DNA of 32,481 nt from Candidatus Pacearchaeota archaeon. GTDB lineage: Archaea > Nanobdellota > Nanobdellia > Pacearchaeales > GW2011-AR1. Below, in pieces: positions 1 through 8,138 of the stretch (position 1 is its first letter; each line of letters begins with the position of its first letter). The stretch is from NCBI GenBank assembly GCA_017609795.1, contig JAFCDH010000010.1:1-32481 (forward strand), given 5' to 3'. The notes beneath the pieces were generated by a model, which saw only the letters and a list, made by a program, of their open reading frames with translations, was not told the DNA's origin and ran no database searches. The translations under genes were made by a program, and so were the position numbers.

Positions 1-182
1 CCACCACTCTCTCTTATTGCATTATTCCTTTCCTGAGCCATATGATATTGCATTCCAACATCTCCTAAAACATGCATTCTATGAATATTAGCAGGAGTAT
101 TTTCTATACATCCATTAACTCCTAAAGCCAAAGCTCCACCTAATAAACATCTTCCTAAATATCCTAATTTATTTGGTTTCAT
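1..182 (-). CDS. Hypothetical secreted/lipoprotein-like protein, N-terminal fragment (gene runs off the left edge)
   Basis: Own reverse-strand translation from ATG at 182-180: MKPNKLGYLGRCLLGGALALGVNGCIENTPANIHRMHVLGDVGMQYHMAQERNNAIRESGG. Hydrophobic N-terminus ends in the lipobox-like LGVNGC. Preceded by a copy of the intergenic repeat. Truncated, so absent from the ORF track. Confidence 0.35.
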   Translation of the reverse strand, partial: MKPNKLGYLGRCLLGGALALGVNGCIENTPANIHRMHVLGDVGMQYHMAQERNNAIRESG

Positions 183-270
183 CTTGTTTTTATTATTTTA
201 TTTAACTTTTTAAATCTTTCTATTTTGTTACTATTTTATAGTTATATCAATATTATCCCCACCCCACATT

Positions 271-385
271 TTATCAAGCTCAATTAATAAATCATCTGAG
301 TTTTCTTTAAATCTATTTTTTCATCTTCAAGGCTTAATCTTCTCATCTCCATCTTATTATATTTTATAAGATATTGATATTTTTT
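271..385 (-). repeat. Intergenic repeat copy E1 (sense on minus strand)
   Basis: Plus strand reads catcttcaaggcttaatcttctcatctccatcttattatattttataagatattgatatttt and abuts the stop codon of ORF 386..2143. Shares taatcttctcatctccat with copy 26441..26540 and ttataagatattgatatt with copies at 8139 and 19164. Confidence 0.7.
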
Positions 386-2143
386 TTAAACCCCTGCTTT
401 AGCTTTTATCTCACTCATAAAAGCATCTCCAATCTTTTGTTTATCACCATCAATTTTCCATTCAATTCCATCATCTGTATATTTTCCAGCAATATTAACA
501 TAAGCACCACAATCTCCAAGAGAATAGCAAATCTCATTCATTTTTTTAGCATAACTTTGTTCTAAACATTCGCAATTATCTTTACATTTTCTTTTTTCTA
601 ATAATCCTTTTTCATAAGTTACAACACAGACTGAATTTCCTAAAGAACAGATACTTGAAGCATCTCCTTCATCCCAGAATTTTAATCCAGCAGGAACATT
701 TGGAACACAAGCTCCTCCGCCAACCTGCACCCCAGAGCCTTTTTCTTCATCTTTATCATCCCCTCCACCAAAAAGCCCGCCTATAAACTCTCCTGTAATT
801 GGAGCTACTGCTTGTCCTGTAATTCCTCCCTGAAACCCTCCTGTACTTCCTCCACTAAAAACAGGATTAGAACCAGCTCCTGCTTCAGCACTTTCAGTTG
901 TTAATCCAGTAAAATGAGCTCCTTCTAACCAATAACAATCTCTTTTATCAGTATTTAAACAATCATCTTCTTCATCTTGGTCAATACAATCAGTCCATCT
1001 ATTAATTCTGCAAGCAGCTTCTATAAATCCTTCTCCAGCACCAGACTCAATAACTCCTTCATAACAAACTTCGTTTCTAAAATCAGCACAAGGTTCAATT
1101 GTTTCTTCACCTGCAATACAAACATGTCTAAAATGTCTGCTTCCTACTGCATCTGCTCCTTCACCAACATTTCCATCATAAATACACCAGCTTTCTCCAT
1201 TTTTATAATCATTTCCATCTTCAGTATTATAACAATTTAAATCAGTACAATAATAATTACCATAACTTGCACTACCTTTTGAACAAATACTTCCTTTAAA
1301 ATAATCACAATTTCCACAAGTTCTTGAACCAGCGTTTGCATTTTCAACACCATAACCACAACTTTCAGATTTATCAATTACTTTCTTCCAATAAGATTTA
1401 TCATTTATTTTAGAACCATCATAAATGTTAGCTTGATTCCCACAAGTATCTAAAAAATAAACTTCATCTTTTCCTTTAATACAAGCAGTCTTAGTAGAAG
1501 GCCCACAATTAGTTGCTAATTCTTCTGCAGAACATAAATAATCTTTAAAAAATTCAGTATCAGAAGTTTGTCCTTCTACTGTTTGTGATTTTAAACATTC
1601 TCCACGAGTTGTAAATCTACAAGTTCTTTGATAATCAATTTCATAAACACAAGCACCTTCATCTTGTGCAGCAGCAAGTGCAATACATGTTGTTTCATCT
1701 CCAACATCATTTCTAAAATTAGTTTCTAATCCAAATAAGCCAGATAATCTTTTGCATCTAGTTAATGTTACAAAACTTGCTTGAGTTCCTAAAACACAAC
1801 AACCAAGATTACATTGAGGAATATTACATTCTGCATCATCAATCCAAGTCCCATTTCCATCATTACAAACTTTCTGAGGAGTATTTTCCATGCACAATCC
1901 TTCTTGAGAATCATAACAACAACCAGATTTACAAAAACTAGTTGCATCACAAGAAGTTGGAGTTTTTCTAAAACCAGTATTACAATTTTCTTCTAATGTA
2001 TTTTGACACCAAGCACCAGATTGAGTTTTTTCACAACATGCATTTGCTGCAGGCCATGTTTGCTCTTGAGCAAACATAAGAGGAACAATAAGCAAATTAA
2101 ATACAATTATTATTCCTAAATATATTTTTGTTTTATTGACCAT
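386..2143 (-). CDS. Secreted cysteine-rich protein P1, paralog of the N-terminal ~500 aa of ORF 3874..7362 (family not recognised)
   Basis: 585-aa ORF with a signal-like N-terminus (IYLGIIIVFNLLIVPLMFA then QEQ) and about 45 Cys. Collinear similarity to the 1162-aa ORF, e.g. NGESWCIYDGNVGEGADAVGSRHFRHVCIAGEETIEPCADFRNEVC vs NGESWCEYDGTIGDGRDVVGSRHVKHLCFMGEERIEPCQDYRNQIC, and SLGDCGAYVNIAGKYTDDG vs SLGDCGGYVNIAGEYTDDG. Confidence 0.8.
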   Translation of the reverse strand: MVNKTKIYLGIIIVFNLLIVPLMFAQEQTWPAANACCEKTQSGAWCQNTLEENCNTGFRKTPTSCDATSFCKSGCCYDSQEGLCMENTPQKVCNDGNGTWIDDAECNIPQCNLGCCVLGTQASFVTLTRCKRLSGLFGLETNFRNDVGDETTCIALAAAQDEGACVYEIDYQRTCRFTTRGECLKSQTVEGQTSDTEFFKDYLCSAEELATNCGPSTKTACIKGKDEVYFLDTCGNQANIYDGSKINDKSYWKKVIDKSESCGYGVENANAGSRTCGNCDYFKGSICSKGSASYGNYYCTDLNCYNTEDGNDYKNGESWCIYDGNVGEGADAVGSRHFRHVCIAGEETIEPCADFRNEVCYEGVIESGAGEGFIEAACRINRWTDCIDQDEEDDCLNTDKRDCYWLEGAHFTGLTTESAEAGAGSNPVFSGGSTGGFQGGITGQAVAPITGEFIGGLFGGGDDKDEEKGSGVQVGGGACVPNVPAGLKFWDEGDASSICSLGNSVCVVTYEKGLLEKRKCKDNCECLEQSYAKKMNEICYSLGDCGAYVNIAGKYTDDGIEWKIDGDKQKIGDAFMSEIKAKAGV

Positions 2144-2212
2144 TTTTTTATATTATAATTTATTTTTTTCTTTATTATATTATTCTTCGGTATTTTAATG
2201 GATGTTTATGTT

Positions 2213-2313
2213 TTATTATCTGAGTAGCTTAAGCTTAATCCCATTTTCTTTAAGTTTTGTTATGAATAGCTTAATCTTCTCAACATTCTCATCCTATGCT
2301 TATAAGATTCTAG
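2213..2313 (-). repeat. Intergenic repeat copy E2
   Basis: Plus strand reads ttattatctgagtagcttaagc...agcttaatcttctcaacattctcatcctatgcttataagattc. The distal 43 nt (2268-2310) match 3020-3062 with 3 mismatches. Confidence 0.75.
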
Positions 2314-2326
2314 TTTATATTTTATC

Positions 2327-2674
2327 TTATTTATTTTTTTCTTTATTTATTATTTCTTTTATTTGGATTTTTAGTTTAGGGATATCTTGTTTAATAACAT
2401 CCCAAACAGTTTTAAAATCAACACCAAAATAATAATGAATCATTTTGTCCCTAATTCCTGCAATCCCTTTCCATTCTACATTAGGATATTTTTTTCTAAA
2501 TTCAGAAGGTATATTTTTTATAGCTTCACCAATAATCTCAATTCTCCTTATTGTAGCATCTTTCAAAAGATTATCCTTTTTGAATTTATTTTTTGTTATA
2601 TTGTTCATACTTTTTATTATCTTATCTATTTCATCCCGGATATGGTTGATAAATACTAAAGAATCCCTTTTCAT
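2327..2674 (-). CDS. hepT: HEPN-domain (DUF86) toxin of an MNT-HEPN pair
   Basis: 115 aa with an RX4H-type motif in GIAGIRDKMIHYYFGVD. Overlaps the upstream nucleotidyltransferase gene by 4 nt (ATGA), the classic MNT-HEPN arrangement. Confidence 0.8.
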   Translation of the reverse strand: MKRDSLVFINHIRDEIDKIIKSMNNITKNKFKKDNLLKDATIRRIEIIGEAIKNIPSEFRKKYPNVEWKGIAGIRDKMIHYYFGVDFKTVWDVIKQDIPKLKIQIKEIINKEKNK

Positions 2675-2964
2675 ATTATTCTTACCTCCTCTGCCAAAAT
2701 TCTTTCTTTTAAATAAGGACTAATCCCATTATATGTTAATAAGTCAACTTTTTTTTGTAAAATCTTTTTAAGAAGCATTTCAAGTTTTACTAAATCAAGT
2801 AAACTAAATCTTTTCCCCTTAACATCAACTAAAATATCAACATCACTATTTTTCTTTTCCTCACCTCTTGCATAACTACCAAATATCCCTGCTTTCTTAA
2901 CTCCATGGTCTTTTAGAGTCTTTACAATTTGTTTTTTTATTTTATTTACATTATTTTTTACCAT
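2671..2964 (-). CDS. mntA: Minimal nucleotidyltransferase (MNT) antitoxin
   Basis: 97 aa with GIFGSYARGEEKKNSDVDILVD, the GS...DxD motif of the pol-beta superfamily. Paired with the HEPN gene. Confidence 0.8.
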   Translation of the reverse strand: MVKNNVNKIKKQIVKTLKDHGVKKAGIFGSYARGEEKKNSDVDILVDVKGKRFSLLDLVKLEMLLKKILQKKVDLLTYNGISPYLKERILAEEVRII

Positions 2965-2973
2965 TTTATATTA

Positions 2974-3063
2974 TTTTTCTATATCTCTATAATCTTAGAG
3001 CTTTGAAGATGACTTGTATAACTTAATCTTCTCAACATTCTCGTCCTATGCTTATCAGATTCC
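2974..3063 (-). repeat. Intergenic repeat copy E3 (mosaic)
   Basis: The proximal half tttttctatatctctataatcttagagctttgaagatgacttgtata equals the proximal half of copy 8139..8238 apart from a 1-nt indel. The distal half equals the distal half of copy 2213..2313. Confidence 0.8.
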
Positions 3064-3066
3064 AAA

Positions 3067-3834
3067 TCACCCAATCAATCCAGCAGGTAATGCCAAACTC
3101 CTTGAGGCAAACATAAATTTATTTTCTTCATAATCTCTATCAGTTAAAATATAAATTGTTGTTCCTTCACCTTGTTTTTTCTTTTCAACTTTTAATGAAG
3201 GATAATACATCATATAAGTCATAGTTTCTGAATCCCCATAACGAGCTTCATAATTTGAGATTGAACTTGCAATCATAACCATATCATATAATTTGGAAGA
3301 CACATCTGTTTTAATAGATTTATATGCTTCGGTAGTTTCTTTTGTAATTCTTAAATCAGCATCTATATTAATAATAACATTATTAGGAACTAAAGAATAT
3401 GAAATCTCAGGATTTTTCATAGAAACACTATAACCTTTTCCTTCAAGCGAAGCTTTAACAGAATCAATGCAATTTTTAATTCTAGGATCAGAATATTTTT
3501 TTATCTCTTGTTCAATTGATTGTTTTAACAAAGGTTTTTGCATTATACAAGTTTTATAATATTCTTCTGTATAACACAAATAATCTACTTTATTTCCTTG
3601 ATATAAATAATAATGTTCAGGATCTAAACTCCCTCCCTGAACTTTCAAAATATTAATAGCTTCTTCAACAGGTTCTTGAGCACATTTTTTAATTTGATTT
3701 ACAGGAGTTTCAGGACTAAAAATAGAAAATATATTTTCCTTTCCAGTTAGTAATATCACTAAAACAATTATAATTGCTATTGCAAGTATTATAAATACTG
3801 TTACTTGTGCGCGCTTACTCTTTTTTCCTACCAT
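3067..3834 (-). CDS. Membrane-anchored or pilin-like small protein A, paralog of ORF 8246..9055
   Basis: 255 aa. N-terminus KKSKRAQVTVFIILAIAIIIVLVILL resembles an archaeal class III (prepilin-like) signal or a TM anchor. Conserved LCYTEEYYKTCIMQKPLL block and C-terminal ALPAGLIG. Lies 39 nt downstream of the giant ORF with no repeat between, so likely co-transcribed. Confidence 0.7.
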   Translation of the reverse strand: MVGKKSKRAQVTVFIILAIAIIIVLVILLTGKENIFSIFSPETPVNQIKKCAQEPVEEAINILKVQGGSLDPEHYYLYQGNKVDYLCYTEEYYKTCIMQKPLLKQSIEQEIKKYSDPRIKNCIDSVKASLEGKGYSVSMKNPEISYSLVPNNVIINIDADLRITKETTEAYKSIKTDVSSKLYDMVMIASSISNYEARYGDSETMTYMMYYPSLKVEKKKQGEGTTIYILTDRDYEENKFMFASRSLALPAGLIG

Positions 3835-3873
3835 CTTTTTATATTTATTTAACTCATCCCTTGTTTATAAATT

Positions 3874-6800
3874 TTAACTAATCAACGAATAACCTTTAAC
3901 TTTTCTTTTACCTCCTTTTTTTCCATATTCATCTTTACATTGGATAATATAAGTTCTTAATTGCCAATTTCCAATATGTTCAATTCCATCTCCACTCATA
4001 ATCTCTGCTTCATCCCAATTAAATTCATCAAATGAATATCTACATTCAGCTTGCTCATCTGTAATAACTTTCATACCACTATCATAATACATTCTTATAA
4101 TTCTAGGTCCTGTACTATCAATCCTTACTCTAAATAAAGTTGAAGTTTCAGCAGTATTTCCAGCAACATCTTCACATCTAATATCAACCTCATATCTTCC
4201 CCTTGTCATTCTATTAAATACTTGATTATGATAATTAGAATCTGTTTCATAAAATCCAATTTCTCCAACTCCAAAGTCATAATAACATTTTGCTTTTCCT
4301 TGTTCAGCACCACCAGAAGTTTTAACTTGTAATTCAACTGTCATAGGTTCAACACCAGAAAAAATCTCAGCATTATTAATTGGTCTAACTTCATCAATCA
4401 TAAGCTCAGAAGCAGATTTTTGCAAAGAGTAAGCATAACTTTCTGTCATTGTATTTTTATTATCAGAAATATCTTGACATTTAATATAAATATCACTATT
4501 CTCATCTAAGTTAGTAAGATTAGTTTCACAAGCCCATCCATATAATCCATAATCTTCTAAATCAGTTTTACAACTCATTTGATTTTCCATTAAATCATAC
4601 CCTCTATCTTCATTACTATATTTACAATTTGAAGGTTCATTAATCCAAATATCTAATTCTTGTTTAGTTTGATTATAACCTATATAACCATTATTTTCAG
4701 GTTCTGTTCTTGCAATTCTTGGAGCAGTTAAATCAGGACCTGGTTCAACACAAGTTCTTATTGTATAACTTGCTGCATTAATAGCTCCATTAATGCTTTT
4801 ACATTTTACATAAAAGTTAATTTCACCTAAAGCTTTTATTTGTTCATCAGTTAAATTATATTGATTTCTAAATGCTTCAGGACTTGGCATAAACATTAGG
4901 TTTGTATGATTTGCTAAATATAAATTACTTCCACCAAAATAATCTGTCATTTGATCATAAGTATGCAAAGGATCTTCACTTATTTTACATTGAGCAGGTT
5001 TATCTGTTTCAATTCCAAATTCAATAGGAGTAAATTCAGGAATACACCCAAGATTATCACTTTCAACTAATCTAAATCCATTTGCACTAATATCATAATA
5101 TTCATAACCTTTTGTCATTGTTCCAAACAAAGGACTTATCCTAGGACTGCTAACATCAGTAGGAGAATTATCAATACATAATTCTTGATCTGTTCCTTTA
5201 TTAATAAACTCACATGTTTGCCCTAAACTTTGACATCTATATTCTGTACATGGAGTTTCAAAAGGATCATTTGCATTACATTTATAACAATTATCCCCAC
5301 CTGTTGGAGCCTGCCATGGCATACATTTAAAATTTACAATTACTTTTTTTGATTTTCCTATTCCTAGGGCGAGCATTGTTATTGCTATTATGATTCCGAT
5401 TATACCTAGAGGTTTTAAAGCAGGAGTTCCCCAAATAGCTAGAGCAGCAACAACTACTCCTCCAGAAACAATCCATGCAGTTGAAGATTTTACTCCAAAC
5501 CCTGTACTTAAAAAATTTTGAACAGACCATATTGCGGCAGCAGTAGCTACTGCATTTCCAAATGCTGTTGTCGCTGTTTTAGTTCCTGTAGCCGCACCAG
5601 CCCCATGAGGTGCACCTGCAGCTGTGATTGCAGAAGAAGCACTTGTGCTAGTCCCAATACTAGGTCCAAGATTACCAATAATTTCTCCAACACCAGTACC
5701 TATATCACCAATAACAGGTAATCCTGCAAGAGTTTTATAAACACCAGACATTAAATCAATTCCTAAAGCTCCTAATCCTGCAACAGCCATTCCAGCAATT
5801 TTTAATTTACTTATTCCTCCACCCTCATATTCAGGATTTTCAGGACTTAACCAAGCTCCTCCACCTAAAAAACTAAGATTCCCAGGCTCAGCAGGGTCTT
5901 GTCCAGGATTATTACGAGCATATTTTCTATATTGTTCACCCCCTATTTTTCCAGCATCAGAACTATATCCATCATCAGTATATTCTCCTGCAATATTTAC
6001 ATAACCCCCACAATCTCCTAAAGAAGTACATAGCTCATTCATTTGTTGTGTAAATATAGATTTTTCACAATCACAATTAGCTACACAGTCCCATCCAACA
6101 AATTTTCTATGTGAAAATCTTTTAACATAAATCACAGTGCATGTTTGGCTTGCCATAGAACATGCCATTTCAGCATTTTTTCCACTTTCTTCACTAGACA
6201 GGTCAAATCCTGCAGGATATTTAGGAACACACATATCAAAATTAAATTTATCAATATTAACTCCTTTAATAATACAATCAGGATTTTCATCACACTCTTC
6301 TCTCATCTTTTCAGTGTTTTCTCTGGTATTATAATCTAAACAACTTCTCCAATTATTAACTCTGCAAGCAGCCTCTGAAAAACTTCCACCCTCATTTAAA
6401 TCAGTTTTAGATTCAACACAAATTTGATTTCTATAATCTTGGCAAGGTTCTATTCTTTCTTCACCCATAAAACAAAGATGTTTTACATGTCTGCTTCCAA
6501 CAACATCTCTTCCATCACCTATTGTTCCATCATATTCACACCAACTCTCTCCATTTCTTTTTCCAATGTCTTCACAATTCACACTTTTACAAGCAGGTTC
6601 TCCTGCAACTAAACCACAATAATTACCAATAAATAAACTACATTCTTCAGCAATATCTTCTTTATTTCCACAAGAATCAAACCAATAAACACTATCTTTT
6701 CCTTCAACACATTCTTTATGGTCTTTAGCAACACAATTAGTTTCTAAACTTTCATCAGAACAAAAAACATCTTTATAAAAATTCCCACCTCTGCCTCTGC

Positions 6801-7362
6801 ATTCTTCACTAGTTATAAACCTACATTCATCATCTAAAATACAAGCACCTTCATCATCTCTTTCAGCTAAAAATATACATTCTATCTCAGTATTAATTTC
6901 AGGCCTAAAATCAGTTTCCAAACCTAAAAATCCTGATTCAACTTCACAATTTCTTTCAGATGTAAAAAAAGCATCATTTCCTAAAACACAACAACCTCTT
7001 GAACATTGGGCAATATTACAAACCTCATTATCAAACCATTGTCCATTACAACTTCTTTTAGGAGTTTTTTCATCACATAATCCTGTTCCTGAACTATAAC
7101 AACAACCTAATTTGCAAAAACTTGTTTCTTCACACATAGTAGGAGCAGATTGAGCTTCTTGTTTACATTCTTCATCTGCAACAAACTGACAAGAACTTCC
7201 ATCATTTGTTTCTTCACAACAAGAATATCCTGGAAGTGTTTGCGCACTAACACTTCCTGTTGCAGAATATACTAAATAACAAAATGCAAAAGTAGATATT
7301 ATTAATATTAAAATCTGAAAATAACTCATCTGCGCTTTTTTACTAAAATATTTTTTTATCAT
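3874..7362 (-). CDS. Giant cysteine-rich surface protein P2 (N-terminal P1-like domain, Gly/Ala-rich hydrophobic segment, C-terminal beta-rich repeats)
   Basis: 1162-aa ORF with a signal-like N-terminus. Residues ~45-500 are paralogous to P1. Residues ~505-680 are Gly/Ala-rich with several hydrophobic helices (e.g. WIVSGGVVVAALAIWGTPALKPLGIIGIIIAITMLALGIG). The C-terminal ~480 aa carry 3-4 repeats of an Ig-like-looking unit, each with a conserved Cys (AQCKIS, SNCKYS, AKCYYD, AECRYS). Confidence 0.85.
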   Translation of the reverse strand: MIKKYFSKKAQMSYFQILILIISTFAFCYLVYSATGSVSAQTLPGYSCCEETNDGSSCQFVADEECKQEAQSAPTMCEETSFCKLGCCYSSGTGLCDEKTPKRSCNGQWFDNEVCNIAQCSRGCCVLGNDAFFTSERNCEVESGFLGLETDFRPEINTEIECIFLAERDDEGACILDDECRFITSEECRGRGGNFYKDVFCSDESLETNCVAKDHKECVEGKDSVYWFDSCGNKEDIAEECSLFIGNYCGLVAGEPACKSVNCEDIGKRNGESWCEYDGTIGDGRDVVGSRHVKHLCFMGEERIEPCQDYRNQICVESKTDLNEGGSFSEAACRVNNWRSCLDYNTRENTEKMREECDENPDCIIKGVNIDKFNFDMCVPKYPAGFDLSSEESGKNAEMACSMASQTCTVIYVKRFSHRKFVGWDCVANCDCEKSIFTQQMNELCTSLGDCGGYVNIAGEYTDDGYSSDAGKIGGEQYRKYARNNPGQDPAEPGNLSFLGGGAWLSPENPEYEGGGISKLKIAGMAVAGLGALGIDLMSGVYKTLAGLPVIGDIGTGVGEIIGNLGPSIGTSTSASSAITAAGAPHGAGAATGTKTATTAFGNAVATAAAIWSVQNFLSTGFGVKSSTAWIVSGGVVVAALAIWGTPALKPLGIIGIIIAITMLALGIGKSKKVIVNFKCMPWQAPTGGDNCYKCNANDPFETPCTEYRCQSLGQTCEFINKGTDQELCIDNSPTDVSSPRISPLFGTMTKGYEYYDISANGFRLVESDNLGCIPEFTPIEFGIETDKPAQCKISEDPLHTYDQMTDYFGGSNLYLANHTNLMFMPSPEAFRNQYNLTDEQIKALGEINFYVKCKSINGAINAASYTIRTCVEPGPDLTAPRIARTEPENNGYIGYNQTKQELDIWINEPSNCKYSNEDRGYDLMENQMSCKTDLEDYGLYGWACETNLTNLDENSDIYIKCQDISDNKNTMTESYAYSLQKSASELMIDEVRPINNAEIFSGVEPMTVELQVKTSGGAEQGKAKCYYDFGVGEIGFYETDSNYHNQVFNRMTRGRYEVDIRCEDVAGNTAETSTLFRVRIDSTGPRIIRMYYDSGMKVITDEQAECRYSFDEFNWDEAEIMSGDGIEHIGNWQLRTYIIQCKDEYGKKGGKRKVKGYSLIS

Positions 7363-7370
7363 TTTTTGTT

Positions 7371-7464
7371 TTTTCTAAAATCTTATAAGCACAATCAAGC
7401 TTTATTATCTGAATAGCTTAATCTCAGTAGGGCATCTCGTCCCACGCTTATAAGATTCTAATAT
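7371..7464 (-). repeat. Intergenic repeat copy E4 with perfect 12-nt terminal inverted repeat
   Basis: aatcttataagc at 7379-7390 and gcttataagatt at 7446-7457. The distal part agcttaatctcagtagggcatctcgtcccacgcttataagatt belongs to the same subfamily as the copies at 8139 and 19164. Confidence 0.8.
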
Positions 7465-8130
7465 TTATTTATTCTCTTCAGCCTCCTTAAAATCTTCTTT
7501 AGTCAATTTAATACAAACATTTACTAATCTAATTAATTCATTACATCTTGAAAAAGGGCTATCTCTTTTTCTTTCAAAATAAGTCCATAGAATTGTTTTA
7601 ATCCCTTTTTTCTTTAATTTTTCAATAACCGGAACAAAATCAGAATCTCCAGAAACTAGTGCAATCCCTTTAACATTATCAGATTCTAAAGGAACACTTG
7701 CCAAATCCATTCCTAAATACATATCAACCCCTTTTTGTTTATAAACAAAAATATTATTAATTTTTAATCTCTGAGTTCTTCCTTCTCTAACAATAATATT
7801 ATCTTTTTTAAATCTAGAAATAAATTTATCATATAATTTCTTTTTTTCATTTTCTTTAATACTAGATTTTTTGCTTTGAAATGGGGGGGCATCATAAAGA
7901 TAAATCTTTTTAACAATACATTTGGTTTTTTTTGCAAGTGTTTCAACAAAATTTCTTACATTATATCTTAAACCTTCATTAAAGAAATGTTTTTTAACCC
8001 TCATTAAATAAGCATTATCAATAAAAACAATAATTTTTAAAAAATCGTCCGGCAACCTCGAAAGATCACCGGGGAGTATCATATTATTATTATCTTTTCC
8101 TTCTTTATAAACTTTTTCATTATATTTCAT
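7465..8130 (-). CDS. NYN-domain (LabA/DUF88-like) predicted ribonuclease
   Basis: 221 aa. IVFIDNAYLM, GVDMYLGMDLA and ALVSGDSDFVPVIEKLKKKGIKT match the acidic-residue pattern of NYN/LabA proteins. Confidence 0.7.
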   Translation of the reverse strand: MKYNEKVYKEGKDNNNMILPGDLSRLPDDFLKIIVFIDNAYLMRVKKHFFNEGLRYNVRNFVETLAKKTKCIVKKIYLYDAPPFQSKKSSIKENEKKKLYDKFISRFKKDNIIVREGRTQRLKINNIFVYKQKGVDMYLGMDLASVPLESDNVKGIALVSGDSDFVPVIEKLKKKGIKTILWTYFERKRDSPFSRCNELIRLVNVCIKLTKEDFKEAEENK

Positions 8131-8138
8131 TTTTTGTT

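Noticed and set aside
300-360. Short upstream ORFs starting at the conserved GAGATG/GGAGATG in the repeats (e.g. MEMRRLSLEDEK..., MEMRRLGYSDNKA, MRMLRRLSYS, MFY-stop)
   Set aside because: Length, frame and sequence are not conserved between copies. Conservation is at the nucleotide level, so a peptide product is unlikely.
374-2723. Plus-strand ORFs 374..565, 977..1240, 1814..1996, 2202..2432, 2387..2659 and 2445..2723
   Set aside because: All lie antisense to much longer, homology-supported minus-strand genes (P1, HEPN) or run through the repeat. Their translations are Ile/Phe/Ser/Asn-rich low complexity, typical of shadow ORFs in AT-rich DNA.
5327-6612. ORFs 5327..5530(-), 5518..5721(+), 6137..6334(+), 6145..6339(+) and 6424..6612(+) inside the giant gene
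   Set aside because: These are alternative-frame or antisense ORFs within the 1162-aa gene, whose frame is validated by paralogy with P1. The Cys/Ser/Arg-rich products come from the Gly/Ala-coding GC-rich stretch.
386-7362. Diversity-generating retroelement targeting the Cys-rich proteins
   Set aside because: DGRs are known in DPANN-type archaea. However, there is no reverse transcriptase ORF here, and I found no template/variable repeat pair with adenine-specific differences. P1 and P2 are similar only at the protein level.
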